Shown in pieces: positions 35,951 to 49,813 of a DNA stretch of 64,000 nucleotides (positions are counted from its first letter, which is position 1; each line of letters begins with the position of its first letter). The position numbers and the translations under genes are program-made. Source of the DNA: Camelus ferus (lineage: Eukaryota); contig NC_045697.1 of NCBI RefSeq assembly GCF_009834535.1, positions 11,348,001 through 11,412,000 on the forward strand, read 5' to 3'. The notes beneath the pieces are model-generated. The model saw only the letters and a list, made by a program, of their open reading frames with translations, ran no database searches and was not told the origin of the DNA.

Positions 35951-36869
35951 AATATAAACAAAGTGTTTAGTAATATTTGCTGATTGATTTTTTTTATTTT
36001 TACTGGCCTCTGTAAATAGTTGTCTACGCCTCCTGAGGCTTCCCAAATGATTGTTTCTGCTCACACCCACTCAGTTTATCAATAAGCAAAGAAGCATGGA
36101 CCCCAATGTATGCTAGGAGTTTTAGAAAAAGAGATTGGGGTGTTGATGGGGGTTTGGAGCAAAAGAAACCAAACTCCTATTATGGTAAGAGCTTCACTTC
36201 GAGTCCCTTCTCTAGAGCCCTGAGTGATTAAGAGTCGGTAAGAGTTTATGTTGTAGGGAAAACCACCCAGAGTTGGAGTTCATAATACTAACACGTGGTG
36301 TCCTCGGTCTTTTGGCAAAGCGACACCCCTGTTGTTTCAATGGAGTCCAACAGAACCCTGTAGGCCCATATTACACTTGGTACATTTTTTCTCACAGGGC
36401 GCCCTAAACTCCTGGTGGGTTGCAGCTCAGGTTGTTTTGTTATTTAATGAGTTGCTTTCATCCAGAGCACACATTCTCTGTTGCCTTCCAAACGTTCCAA
36501 ACAAGCTCAACGTACGGCCAGATCTCTCCACTAAGGAGCACCAGGACTGTTGATGCCGGGGGCTCAGAGCGGTGGATTCCATGCCGCCCCTCTGCTGCTA
36601 GGTGCTGGCGGGAGCTCAGTGTGCTGTGCCTGAAGCAGCCTATTGACCAATGCCTAGCGAAACCGTGAAGTCTGTCGGACTCTCTCCCAGCAGCCCTTGC
36701 TTTGGAGGAACTCTTTGTTCTCATAACAGGTGTATCTCTGTAACCCACTTAGGGGACTCCTCTCCCAACTCTTCTCAGGCTGCTGAGAAGTTTAGTGCTT
36801 GATCTTACGTTTAGCCTGTCCCCTCCCTCCATGGCTGTCTAAGTTGACTTTCCTCTGCTCAGTTGCTTG

Positions 36870-37418
36870 TGAAAGCGATCAGAATATGCTGTTCTAGAAC
36901 ATGCCACTTTGGCATTGGGATTATCTTGAGCTGAAGGTCAATTAGAAACAGGGAACACAGGAGGAGTTCTCTGGCCTTTCTGCCTAAAAGTAGGGCATAG
37001 AATTCCCTTTTGTGAAGAAAATTTACACTTGTAAAAGTTTCCTCTCTTGTCCTGAAAGAGGAAATAGTCTCAAGAGACAACTTATCACCAGAGAGACTTG
37101 AGTCCACATAACGAGCCTTACCAAACAACTCATTTAGCCTAGTCCTCTCCCCACAACTCACCATCTCTCCAGAAGATCCAAACTCCCCTTTTCTTTGTCT
37201 AGTCTCCTCTTCACTCTTTATCACTTTTTGTTAAAATGGTATATAGGCCCCTGGGTCCAACCATCTCTTTGGGGTTTTCACTTCTTTTCTTTGAAGCCTC
37301 AAAAAAAAAAAAAAAAATCCACCACTGTTCTTTGTCAGTTTAATTCACAGACCTCAGATACTGAACCTAATATGGTAGAGGAAAGTTTGTTTGTTTGTTT
37401 GTTTTTCCCTCTCCTATA
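36870..37418 (+). mobile_element. ERV1 solo LTR (MER34-like)
   Basis: tcagaatatgc...atgccactttggcattgggattatcttgagctgaagg...tgtcagtttaattcacag. Confidence 0.75.
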
Positions 37419-37422
37419 TTTG

Positions 37423-37575
37423 CAAACTCAGTTGCATTAGGGTCACCTGGGAATTTTGAAAAGTTAGTGCCTAAGTCCCACTTTGATGGAAATGTGCATG
37501 GGTAGGGGCTGGAAAGCTGTATCTTGTAAAGGTCTTGCCCCTGGCCTCTGACTTCTATGTGCAGCCAAGAAGAGT
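37423..37575. mobile_element. hAT-Charlie MITE fragment (MER5-like)
   Basis: caaactcagttgcattagggtcacctggg...tatgtgcagccaag. Confidence 0.55.
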
Positions 37576-38129
37576 GAAGCAGCATATGACTGCCTGTCTC
37601 TGCTCCAGCATTGTCAATCAGTTTCTCTCTTTGAGTCACCTTCACAGTTTTCCTGAGCTGGGGGGGCCTGCCATTTGTGTATCGGTTCCTCTGAGCTTGT
37701 GGCACGATTACTCCTGCGATCATTAATGAGCAAAAAGGGCCTGAAGGATAGGCAGCTGGGTCTGTGGGGTTGTCTGCTGCCACTACAACTTGATTAGCAT
37801 CGCTGAGCAGTCCAGGAAAAGGAAGACACTATTATCTACATAGTCCACAGAACAATAGATCTCTGTTCTTTATATTGTGCTGGATCGAGAGCCTAAACTG
37901 TTGCCATGGTTACGAAGGCCCCTTAATGGGGCAAAGGGCAGAGTAAACATGGCATCGGAACATCTAAAATGCCAAATGTCAAGCTTTTGTCTGGGACCAC
38001 ATGCTGAGGAGTCAAAACAGGACTTATGGAGTCCACTTTAGGCTGGGAGGGCAACTTCTGGAACATCTTTTCACACTAAGATACTAAGAACTACACACAA
38101 GGCTGAAAATCACTCTCGATTAAAGTCCT

Positions 38130-38520
38130 TCCCAGACTTGCCAATGCTCAAAAGATAAAGTCCAAATTCCTTGATTTGGCATCTGAGGTCCTGCACAACC
38201 TGCTCCAGTGAATCCCTGTGTCTCCTCCTTTAGAGTTGCGGGTCCCAAGCTCAGCGTGCCCCGCCCCACTCTCTCTCCTTTGGTGGGTAGACCCTGCTCT
38301 TGCCTCCAGAGCCAGCTCATTTCTCACGTCCTCGTGGAGCCTTGGTGCCCCATCAGAATTTATATCCCCACCCAAATCCTCCGTGGCCCTTATACTGTTT
38401 CATTGATTGGTTCACATGCCTTTGTCTCCTATGAGGCTGTAAGATCGTTAATGGCAGGACCATGACATATGGTATTTACCTTTGTGGTTCCCAGAACTGA
38501 AAATATGTAGACACTAAAAA
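38130..38520 (+). mobile_element. L2 fragment
   Basis: gataaagtccaaattcctt...ctgtaagatcgttaatggcaggacc. Confidence 0.6.
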
Positions 38521-39023
38521 AATAAATTAAATAAATAAAAAAATTTTTAAAAGCTTTTCAAAATAAATGACACCACCTATGAAGTGTTCTTGCTTTAAAA
38601 AATGTTGAGCACGAACTCTAGTCTTTTAGATTGAACTTCTTGTTTAAAGAAAAGACAGAGCTAGAGAAGCAAGCAAAATGATATCAATGATATTGTTGGT
38701 TCTTTGGGCAACTGACCTGGTTTCTTTAGTAAGTCAGTGACATGGGAAAGAAGGGAGAGGGTAGGACAAAAGAGACTTAAAAATATATTACAACCAAATG
38801 CAGTGTGTAAACCTGTTACAAAGTTATTTTTGAGATGATTAGGGAAATCTGAGTTTGGAGAGCGTATTAGATAACATTATGTTATTACTGTTCTTAGGGA
38901 TGAAAATAGTATTTTGGTTGTGTATGAAATGTCCTTAATTGAGGGTAGAATAATGTGATGTAAAAAGATTTTCTTTAAAATACTACAACAAAATAAACAT
39001 ACAAACAAGGCATAGTTGGGTTT

Positions 39024-39809
39024 TGTGGTATAAGAAGAAGTATGTATTTGGTCTTTGTCCCCTGTTCCTGGTACAGAGCTCCTAAACTCTTGGAATTTCC
39101 TAAGTGATGGGACTGTTTCTTGTTTTCATAAAAAGCCTCTCTTGACCACATCTGAGTTTACGTTAATGAGGTGATTCATGGTGGTGCCCCTAGATGGCTT
39201 CCGGATGGAGGCTAGTCACTCGAGGAATCAACCCTGTCATTAGAGTGTTAGAACTTTCAGCCCCATCCTCAATCTTTGGGGATGGGAAAGGATTAGAAAT
39301 TGAGTTCAATTACCAATGGCCAGTGATTTGGTCAATCATGTTCAAATAAGGAAATCCCATGTAAAAACCCCAAACATCAGGTTTCAGAAAGTTTCCAGCT
39401 TGGTCAACACACTGATGTGCTGCGAGGATGGCACGCCTGGGCAGGGGTGGAGCTCTGTGCCATCTCTCCCACACACTTTATCCTATATCTCTCTCCATTT
39501 ACCTGTTACTGGGTTGTATTCATTATAATAAAACGGCAATTGTAAGTAAGGCACTTTCCTGAGTTCTATTTGGCATTTCAGTGGACTGTCAAACCTAAAC
39601 AGGGCAAGCATGGGAACCCCTGAATCTGCAGTCAGCTAGGCAGAAGTTCAAGTAAACTGGGGATCCATCTGAAGTGGGGCCGTCCCATGGGACCGAGCCC
39701 CAGACTTGTGAGGTCTGTGCTAATTCCCAGTAGTTAGTGTCAGAACTGAATTAAATTGTAGGACACCCAGTTGGTGTTGAAGAATTGGTTGTTGTTGAAA
39801 AACAACACA
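39024..39809 (+). mobile_element. Solo LTR (MER21-like) within an ancient L1 3' end (~38570-39930)
   Basis: atttggtctttgtcccctgttcctggtacagagctcctaaa...gtgtcagaactgaattaaattgtaggacacccagttgg. Confidence 0.78.
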
Positions 39810-39994
39810 GGGTAATTATGGTAAAATGCTGATAATGGTTGTATTTGTGGGATGGGTACATGGGAGTTCATTACACTTTTCTTTCTACTTTTTTGTATTT
39901 CAAAACTTTCCTAACAAGAACATTAAAAAAATGTTTTTAAAACACTCTTTCCAGATTCATTTGCCTGCTCAAAGAGAATATTCGTAAAATACAG

Positions 39995-40690
39995 ACATTC
40001 TAGTAAGATGTAGTGGTATCTCACAGTGATTTTAATTTGCATCTGTTTTATATGATTAATGATGTTGAACATCTTTATATGTGCTTACTGGGCATTTGCA
40101 TATATTCTTTTGTAAAGTGACGCTCTAAAGCATTTTCCCAAAGGAAATGGAAGCAACTGTTCACGAAAGGACTTGTGCAAGAAGATTCAAGGCAGCTTCA
40201 TTCACAACAGTAAAAAATAAATAAATAAAATAAAATAAAATAAAATAAAATAAAATAAATAAAATAAGATAAACAACTCAATGTCCACCAACAGGAAAAC
40301 AGATAAAGAAATGGTGGCATGTTATGTAGTAGAATATTACTCAGCATTAAAAAAGAACAAGCCACTGTGATATGCAACAACATAAATGAATCTTAAAAAC
40401 ACTGTGTTGAATGAAAGAAGCCCTACACAAAAGAATGTATATTGTATGATTCTGTTAAATATTTCAAGATCAGGCAAAATTAACCTGTAGGTACAGAGTG
40501 AAAACAATGGTTGTCAGGGGAAGATGAAGGGAAGAGGGTAGGAGGGAAATTTCTAGGGTGACAGAATCGTTTTATTAATTTGAGTGGGCTATTGGTTACA
40601 CAGGTGTGTATACATCTGTCAAAACTCATCAAATTCTACACTTACAATCTACATGTTTTACCCTATATAACTATACTTCAATGTAAAGAA
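39995..40690. mobile_element. L1 with inverted 5' segment (minus ~39995-40140, plus ~40137-40690) and internal (TAAAA)n
   Basis: gtggtatctcacagtgattttaatttgcat (antisense ORF2) abuts cccaaaggaaatgg...aatgtccaccaacagg (sense). Confidence 0.78.
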
Positions 40691-41330
40691 AGAGAGGGAA
40701 AACATTACCTACCACTAAGGAATGTGTTGCTAGTAGCAGAATTTCAGACATTAGCAAGAGAAGTATTTCACGGTGGAAGGACACACTTTTGGGGTCTTTC
40801 TGCCAGGAGTGCACCTGTGGTGGAGGACTCTGTGATCCCCAGGGGAAATCTGAGTTCCCCTTTGCTTAGGCATCGGTGCAGAGCAGCTGGCCACCCCTGA
40901 TATCTGAACTCCTCCTGCCGCAGTCACAATCCAGAATTCCTAGGGTGACACCATGGAAACAGAGCTAGCTTTCTCTACAGGGCACACAAGTGACCCTGCC
41001 TCTGGCATCCTCCTTGGATGAAGAAAAGAAATATTATTAGCTGTAAGTGGGCTGTATTTGACTGCAAGGAATACAGTGGGTAGGCATATGTTACTTCTCA
41101 ATTCTAAGAGCTTATCCCATAAGTTCAAGATTCTCACTTCACATTTCGTACCTGTGGGACTTCTCTGGGGCTAGGAATGAAAGCTTAGTGACAAGAAGGG
41201 CAAGATGAAAAGTGAGAGTGTTTCTTAAAATTTTGAGGATGGCTCTTTATTTTGATGTTTATGCACTAGAAATATAGTACATTAGTAATATTTGTTTAGA
41301 GCACAGTAAAGTGTGTGAATCCTCCCCAGA

Positions 41331-41721
41331 TACATTAGTTTGCTAGGGCTGCCATAACAAGGTGCCACAATCTGGGGGCTTAAACAACAGAAATTTATTT
41401 TCTCACAATTCTGGTGGCTGGAATTTCAAAATCAAGGTGTTAGCAGGTTTGATTTCTTCCAAGGCCTTTCTGCTTGGCTTGTAGATGGCTGTCTTCTCCA
41501 TGGGTGTTCATGTGGTCTCCCCTCTGTGTGTATTTTTACCCTAATCTCCTCCTCTGATAAGGACACCATGTATCTTGGATTGAAGCCCACCCATATTACC
41601 TAATTTTGACTTGTTTAGCTCTTTAAACCTTATCTCTACATACAGTCACATTTTGAGGCACTGATGGGTAGGAATTCAACACATGAATTGGGGCAGGGTG
41701 GACAAAATTCAGCCTATAAAA
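41331..41721 (-). mobile_element. MaLR solo LTR (MLT1B-like)
   Basis: attagtttgctagggctgccataacaa...gcttggcttgtagatggc...cagtcacattttgagg. Confidence 0.85.
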
Positions 41722-41794
41722 CCAGGTAAAGTAGGCATTTGTTCTATTCTGCTCATAAGAAAAATAAGCCTCAAAAAATTAAGCTCGTAAGTGG

Positions 41795-42204
41795 TGTGGT
41801 GGACCCTGCCCCTTGGGCCTTACCGTTTGAATACAGGCTGGCTGACTTCAAACTGCCCGTATCTGATCCTCATCCACAGGGGGCTTTCTCTGAAGCCTGG
41901 AAGGCCACTTTGCCTGCCTCTCAGCAAGAGTTTCCCCATTAGCAACCCCAAGGAGCAGCCCTCAAACAACTACTGATGGGAATAGGTGTATAAATACCCC
42001 AGCCCCCTCATCCTTCTCATTTGCTCAGTGAAGGTAAGCCTTTGTTGCCCTCTGTAGGGGCTGGCTTGATAATGTACCCTTTAGTGGCTGCCTTCCCTTC
42101 TCTGTGTCACCTCCCCAGCTAGCGTGTCCTTTACCTGCTCAGGAAACTCCTTGACCTTGAGTTCCAGTATCAGAGTCTGGTTCTAGGGAACTCAGACTAA
42201 GACA
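41795..42204 (+). mobile_element. ERVL solo LTR (LTR16-like)
   Basis: TG start, aataccccagcccc...ggcttgataatgtaccctt, and end gggaactcagactaagaca. Confidence 0.65.
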
Positions 42205-42261
42205 CTGAGCTTCAAACCTAAATATTTTACTTCAAAATCAGTTCTACCACACTATAAACTG

Positions 42262-42347
42262 CAGATCAAACTATTTGAAATTGTGATATTTGACCACTTT
42301 TGACCTTTTATATAAAAATGGCACTATCATACAGTTCAGCTGAATAA
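42262..42347. mobile_element. MITE (MER53-like)
   Basis: tgaaattgtgatatttgaccacttttgacct...aaaaatggcactatcatacagttca with imperfect terminal inverted symmetry. Confidence 0.55.
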
Positions 42348-43214
42348 TATTAGAAGTGTCTGTGTAGCCTGTACATATAAATAACCCACATGAAAATGCA
42401 TACACACAAAAAATAGACATACATATGTGTAATATAAACACAATACACTTTTTATCATGCCAGCAGGCCATCCATGTGATCTGTTTAAAGCAAAAGTCTT
42501 TGTGTCTCTCTTCTTCATTAAATCCTTCAGTAACTGTATCACCGCCATGGCAAAATTCAAGTTTCGTAGAATGATACAGATACCCCATTATTTTCTGGCT
42601 CCAGGTTTTTCCTCCATCTGTTCTCTGCCCTCTTTGTTTTGTTTTGATATTACTAAACTGCTTAGAATTAAATAACAAAAGAAAGAGAAAACACTGTATT
42701 ATTTCACAAATCCTTGCCCTTCCCTACTGGTAAACGCTTTTATCTTTCACAACTCAACAGCCAGAAGCTTTTTTCCTGTCTCCCTTTTCCCAGATTGAAT
42801 GAGTCCAGTCCTCCCAGAAACCACCTCTTCACGTTGGAGATGAATCCATGGTTGTATTAATCACTTTGAATTACAGCATTTTTATTGGCTTGGCTGTCTT
42901 CTCAGAATGCAAGCTCTGGAGGTCAGCGCCTGGTTTTGATCATCTCTGTATGGCCAGCATCTATTGCAGCACGTGGCACATACGCAGTAGGTACTCATTA
43001 AGTGACATTGAATGAAGAGAGGTCAGAACTTGAACTTTGCTATCTAGGCTTCAGTGAAGTATTGTGCAGACGGTATATGAATAACGCCCATTTCTTTACA
43101 CCGCATAGTGACTATCTACTCAGGAAACAAAATTAAAGGCATGACCTTCTGATAACCTGGTCCAAAACCAGATCTGAATGTTTAACCCAAAGTATCCTGG
43201 GAAAATGGAGTTAT

Positions 43215-43400
43215 GCTCAAACTGTGAAGTCTGAAGTCAGACTCCCTGGGTTCAAAACTCCTGCTCCACCGCTAACCAGTGGTGTCACCTTAGGCAAATC
43301 TCTTGAAAGCTCCTGTGCTTTAGTTCTTCCATCCTCAAAGGCAGATAATAAAAAGAACCCGTCTCAGAGTTGTGAAGATATGCCATTAAATACGTTGAGG
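43215..43400 (+). mobile_element. MIR SINE
   Basis: agtcagactccctgggttcaaa...gtcaccttaggcaaatc. Confidence 0.7.
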
Positions 43401-43509
43401 CTATGAATGGCTATGATGTTAGCAATCCCACAGCATTTCATCTGGGATTTCATGCAAACACTGAGCCTCAGTCTCCACATCTCTACTCAGGGGATAATGC
43501 ATTAATTAA

Positions 43510-44690
43510 CATAACAAGCGTTTCCATGTCTGGGTGCCAAGCACAGTGCTGTGCCTAGGGAAACAGCAGTGATGAAGATTGGCCCAGGGCTTCTCTTCAT
43601 GCTGTTTCTTGTCTAGTGAAGAAAAACAAACTGGCAATTCCAATATCGTGTAGAATGTGTGGCCGGTAAACAGTGTTCTGGAAGTCCACAAGGATGATAA
43701 CTGCCCTCAACTAGAAGATTGGGAATGTGCTGAGAACAGAGGGTGAGCTGAGTTGGAGGAAAGAGGCAGAGAGCCGAGAAGCTATGTTAAAAAGTGTGGA
43801 GGCTTTATCTTAAGAGCAACGAGTTTTAGTCTGAGAAAGACCATGATCTATGTGTATCCTCGTTAGATTATTCAGGTGGCAATGTGCAAAGTGGAAGTTG
43901 CTGGAAAGCAGAGAGGCAAGGCAGGAGCAGGTAGATCTCGGAGGCGGCGTTTACAGCTGGCCATCCAGGCAAGAGGTGTTGGAAGCCTGAACTAGGAGAA
44001 CAGCAGGGGACAAGTATGTTGGTTCCCTAGCCTGCCGTAACAAAGCATCACAAACTGGCTAGCTTAAAACAACAGGAATGTATTCTCTCACAGTCCTGGA
44101 GGCTAGGAGTACAAAATCAAGAGATTGGCAGAGCCATTCTCCCCTTGAATGTTCTAGGGGAGAATCTTTATCTCTTCCTAGCTTCTGGTGGATGGCCACC
44201 GTCCTTGGGGTTCCTTGGCTTATAGACTCTGATCTCTGGCTCCATAGTGACATGGCATTCTTCCTGCATGTCTCTGTTTCTGGGTCCAAATTTCTCTCTT
44301 TTTATAAGGACACCAGTCATTGGATTATGGCCCACCTTAATCCCATATGACCTCATTTTAATTTGATTACATCTGCAGAGGCCCTATTTCTATATAAGGT
44401 CACATCCACAGGTACTGGGGTTTAGGACCTAAATGCATATGTATGGGAGACAAGATTCAATCCACAAAAGCATGGAACCAAAAAATTGAACTTGGGCGAC
44501 ATGGCCAGGTATTGATTCATTGGGGATGGCAAGGAGTACAAGGAATCAAAGCTGTGGTTCAGAATGCTGACGAGGGCAAACAGTGGGTGACGAGTGAATA
44601 CCTGGTGAGCAGTGGTGCAAGTCAAGTAAAAAGGAACTTGGGACAAGAGTAAATTTCAAGGGACAGATGATGTGCTCAGTTTTAGGCTGC
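43510..44690 (-). mobile_element. L2 fragment split by an MLT1 LTR
   Basis: gtgccaagcacagtgct...ccaggcaagaggtg...gcctgaactagg; resumes after 44470 with ggaatcaaag...gatgatgtgctcagtttt. Confidence 0.6.
44015..44469 (-). mobile_element. MaLR solo LTR (MLT1C-like)
   Basis: gccgtaacaaagcatcacaaactggctagcttaaaacaac...ataaggacaccagtcattggatt...ggtactggggtttaggac. Confidence 0.87.
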
Positions 44691-46424
44691 CGGAGATACC
44701 ACCTGTAGTCTCAAAACCCTTTAGGGCCAACTCTCAGAGTAGAATTTGAGATTTGGGGAAGACTGGATTTCTAGAAGGTACAGCTTCAGCAGTAAACACT
44801 AAGCGACAAAGTTTGAGATGACAAAGAAGTGAAATGTTTTGGCAGATTTGAAAAAGCATGAAATTTGGAATGATAAGCTTTGTATTCCAAGTGCTTAGAA
44901 ATTATACACATGAAAGAAGATCACCTTATATGCATTTAGGATCGCCAACTTTCTAGAGTAATATAATGGGGACTCAATGTTTGGGTAATACTGTAGTTTG
45001 TAGAATATGACCATATATATGCCATTTTTCCTCAGCTCCAGGATCACCCTCCTTAGAAAGCAGAAGCCTATGAGAATTTGTGAATTTATGTCTTCTGTCT
45101 TTAGCATTGTTTAATAGTATTTTTCCAGAGAAAGGGAACAATATATATTCAAAAATATCTTGACATTGTTAGATTATAAAGTCCTATATGAAAGCAAAAA
45201 AGTAACGGCAGAAGAGACTAAACAAAATTTTGAACCTAAAAATGAAATTCCAAATATTGTTTTTAAAATATTGACTAGATAGAAATCAAGTAAAGTAACA
45301 GATTTATCTCCAAATATTTAAAGAGGAGGGGGTGTGAATTTACATTTATAGTACCTAAACGTTATCATAACAATAAAGAGGACTTTGGAATTACTTAATT
45401 CATTTCCCTTTTTTCTTGATAAGCTATATTTAATTCAGTACTTCACAAAGTTTACTCTGTATGTGTAAATAAATATTATATTTTTAGATAAGAGGAGGTG
45501 ATGGTAGGAATTGTAAATGAAGTTAAATAGATTTACTTACGCAGAACTTCTCAGGGCCTTTGATACATTAACATATATACTGAATCTCTAAGAGGAACTA
45601 TGGCTGAATGAATATCCACAAATTTATTTGATCATAAAATCCTTTCATCACATAAGATCCTGAAGACATGCATATTGTAAAACATATTTTGGGAAACAAT
45701 CATTTTGTTCACAAACAGAAATTTGTGAACATTCACCTAATTTTGAGAATCGATAGTCTTGGAGATTCCTGAGTTTCCTTCAATATCTCATTTCTATATT
45801 TCTAATTCTCATTTCTCATATCTATAACTTTAATAGCATCCACATTTTTTTTTAAATGTGACAAATTTCAGCTCCTACAATGTAAACTATCAGTCAATAA
45901 GTATTTATTGATAACTTTGTGCTGGGCACTGGTCTGCTTACCAGGCTTCTGAAGATGCATATATCAGCATGTGTCCAAAAGAAATGTGTCCTTTCTAACA
46001 CTGATGTCTTATGTTCACTCATCCTTCTGAATTCCACATTCAAGAATTGCAATTTTTTTTAATATAATTTGAACCCTTTTCCCAATGCACTTTCCACTGG
46101 GCAGAGATCTAAGAGTTTGTCAGTTCAGTGTCCTCACTGTAAAAGAGAAGAGTGAGACACAGAAGGGGAAATACCAGATCCAAAATGACAGAGCAGTTAA
46201 AGACGGAGGTGAGATCAAACTCAAGTCCAATCAACCACCTTATTTTCACCACATCAGCCTGGCCTTCCTTTTGCTCAATTCTGAGCCCTCAATGAGCTAC
46301 TCAAATCCTTAGGTTGTAGAGTCCACATCCTTAGAACAATAGCTTGACTGATTCTTGATACAATGCAAAGAACTGCTTGCAGTCCCAACACCCAAAACCT
46401 GAATCCATGGAAAGTGGCTGGGAT

Positions 46425-46560
46425 GAAGACAACTATAGATTTAAATCCCATCTCTGCCACTAATTTAGCAATGAGAATTGGGACAAGTTTCTTAAACTCT
46501 GGGCCTCAGTTTACTTGTCTCTTGAAATGGGGGCAACGCTAATGACAACTACTGCAATAA
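46425..46560 (+). mobile_element. MIR SINE
   Basis: aaatcccatctctgccact...gggacaagtttcttaaactctgggcctcagttt. Confidence 0.7.
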
Positions 46561-49500
46561 TAATGAGGCTACAGAAATGAAATACCTGGTTCGATAAATA
46601 TTATTGAAATTGAACATTGAATTGATTATATTAATGAGTTCACTATGTTGAATCTCATCTCCTAGAACCCATACGATCTAAGGCGAGGTTGGCCAGCAGG
46701 TTACTTCCCTCTCCTCCACAGAACCCTTCCCTGGGAGGAAGGGGAAAATAGAGTGAAAACAAGATACAAATTAACATCTCAACAAGCTGTCCCATTATAT
46801 TCAGCGGATCACACATTGTTTCGCTTTATAGCTGTATACATGTCTTATTTTTAAGCCCTTTGAGAACAGGGAATATGTTTTGTTCCCTTTTGTATCATCC
46901 AAGCACATTACATAAAGCTGCTCTTAACACAGAGCCTCCCATATGCTACGCACCTATTGTCTACAAGCTAGAAGAAGGAATAAATAAATGAACACACGAG
47001 TCCTATGGCATTTCCACTCCTATGGCCCTGCTCCATGTCTCTTGTGTCTTCCTGTGGTCTCTTCTGAACCAGACCTCCCTTCTGCTTTTCCATAACCATC
47101 TGCTTCCATCTTTTATCAGGCAGTTTTGTTTTTCTCCCTGTATCAAACCACCAGCATTGAATCAAGACTTGCTACAAAACAATCCAGCCAAGCCTCGGCT
47201 TGGGCAAAGAATTATCCCCAGCATTTTAGCAGATCCCAGCTAAATAAAGCATATCATACTTTTGACAAAAAAGCAACATTGTGTCTCTATCTCAAGTGAG
47301 AGTGAAAAGCAGAGCTTTGAGATATGAAGATGAGGAGAAATACTACTTACACGCTGCAGACCATTAGGCCAGAAGCTAGGAAACGAGAGTGATCCATTCA
47401 TGTGGGATGTGACACCCCAGAAGTGCCTGCTGTCAATGAAACATCCATCTTCAGATCAGCCTGGCAGGTGTATGAGGCGGGCTGCCAACCCCTGCCATCT
47501 GAGTCTCATCACTGACACCTGGGTGCTGCTTTTCCTACTTTATAGTTTATGACAAAGTCTCCAATAAAAAGCCTCCGGGACTTGGGCTCTGAAGACACAT
47601 GTCTGTAATTTCTCTTGTCATCTCACGGGAAGTGAAGATGAGGTGTGGTCACTGTCAGTTACATTGAAGCAGGGCAGTCCTTTTCCAGAGATGCTTCAAG
47701 GACAGACATCACTGTTTATAGGCTGGCTGGCAGCACAGAACCTTGCCTACCTAACTCCACTCTACAGCAATTGTTCACCCACCATGTTTGCTTGCTAGTC
47801 TGTACCAGACTATCATATACTTGGGTAATTTTCTCATTGTTCTGTTGTTAGGACCCAGCAAGACCCACCTCTGCCACCTAGACTTTTGCATAGCTGCCTG
47901 AAGCAGCAGCCTGGGAGACCTCTGAATTGCCCTGTAGATGTAGGATTTCAGACTATGGAGAACTTGAATTCCAAGTGCAGGTCCAACACTAACCATGTGA
48001 TCCTGGATAAGATGTGGAAACTCACTGAGCATCCCTTTCTTTACCTGTAGGGGGCAATAATCATGGGCAGATAAAATAATTTGTGATATAATGGAATGAT
48101 TGGAAAAAAGCCAGCTGTCCCACAAAGGCTGGTTATATGAATTATGGCCCATTCGTACCTGGGAGCTTCTTCCCTATTCCTAATGTCTCCTCTGATGCAG
48201 ACAGAGCTCTACTAGAATAATCTCCACCCCTTCTGACCCCCTTTGCACCCTTCTATAGGAAAGGAGGGGTGACCTCTCTAACTAGTGAGTTTGGGAAGAA
48301 TAAATTGGGCAGGCTTAGCTAGTACCCCTCTCCTCTCTCTTAGGAATGAGATGCCCACAGGAGTCCATCCCCATCGGTGTAGGACCTGCCTGTCCAGCAC
48401 TGCTTGGGGTTGGCTAGAAGATGCTGGATTATTCTAGGGTTCAATATTAGGAAGTCTCCCCATCTTCAGCTGCTGGCTGCCCTGTCCAATATCAGCCTCG
48501 TTAGGAATAAAGGTGATACTTATGGCTTGAATAGCTCACGACTCAGGTAGGAAAGATGGTGGCTCTTCTGCAGGTGTTCTCAAAGCTCCAACATCATACC
48601 ATGGAGTATCATTCTACAAATTTAAAATAATTTAACAGATACATGTTTATTGACATAGAATGATAGAATGATGTTTGTTATATGCTATTAGGAGAAAAAA
48701 GATTATGAAATATTATGTATGCTGAGATTCTGGTTTCGTTTAAAATATACACAGTTACTTGTAGGTGACATATAACAATAGAACAAAAGTCTGAAATGGC
48801 AGCATGAACATTTAATAGCAGTTATCTTGGAGTGGTAGAATGATGGGTGTTTTTTTCCAATATTCTTTTAAACAGCATGTACTTTTAAAAAATCTAAAAT
48901 AAAAATGTATTTCTATGGTATTGACAAAAATGCCAGTTATTTATTTGCTACAAAAAAAAAGTCATTTTCAAAATTATCCAAACACAAATGTCTCACAGTT
49001 ACCTTTTCATGAGTTCACTGCCTGGTTTGTTAGCTCAAGTCAGAAGTAATTATATATTTGGTTGGGGGACCATCTGGTGTCACTGACTTTAAATGGGCAA
49101 GTTTCCACAGGCTGTAAACCCCTTTGAGTTTCAGAATAGTAAGGAGACAAAAAAAAAAAAAAAAGCTACTTCAAAATTTGAATAATGCTCTATGCTCAGT
49201 ATGTGTCAAATACAAGGGAAGGGAAAGAGAGATTAATAAACAGATCACATGAAAATGTAGACCTGTCTAGCCAGAAAGAAACTGAGGGTTGCTCTAGCCC
49301 ACTGGAGGGAAACCATGGCTGTTCCTGCTCTCTGAGTTCCTGTAACAGAAGTCAGTAATGGATGTTCGAAGATGAGGAAGCTGAAATACCAGGTAGGTAA
49401 GTGACTTGTGAAGAGTCACACAGCGAACGACAGAACTGACACCAAATCTTTAGTTCACCCAATGAAAATGCTTTCATTAAGCCCTTTGCAAGAGCAAATC

Positions 49501-49672
49501 CCTGTCCTAGGCCTTGTGGAGCTACTTCGATGAATAGGGTATTTATCTGTCCTGGGAAGTTTACAATGTACTCAGAGTGTGTCTTTGATGCATGGCAGAA
49601 GGGAACAAAATCATGCAATACAGGGAAAAACTGACGTATAGTGAGAGAACAGAGGAAAAGAAACTAATTGTG

Positions 49673-49813
49673 GTTTTCTTGTCGTTGCTTGTTTGTTTTT
49701 GGGGGGGTTCGGTAATTAGGTTTACTTATTTGTTTAATGGAGGTACTGGGGATTGAACCCAAGACCTCATGCATGCTAAGCATGTACTCTAACCACTGAG
49801 CTACACTCTCCCC
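49673..49813 (-). mobile_element. tRNA-derived camelid SINE (Vic-1-like)
   Basis: ggtaattaggttt...ggaggtactggggattgaacccaagacctcatgcatgctaagc; degenerate TSD ctaattgtg (49664-49672) / ctaatcgtg (49818-49826). Confidence 0.88.

Noticed and set aside
45706..45731. 10-bp hairpin tgttcacaaa/tttgtgaaca
   Set aside because: Expected by chance in 64 kb; no supporting context.
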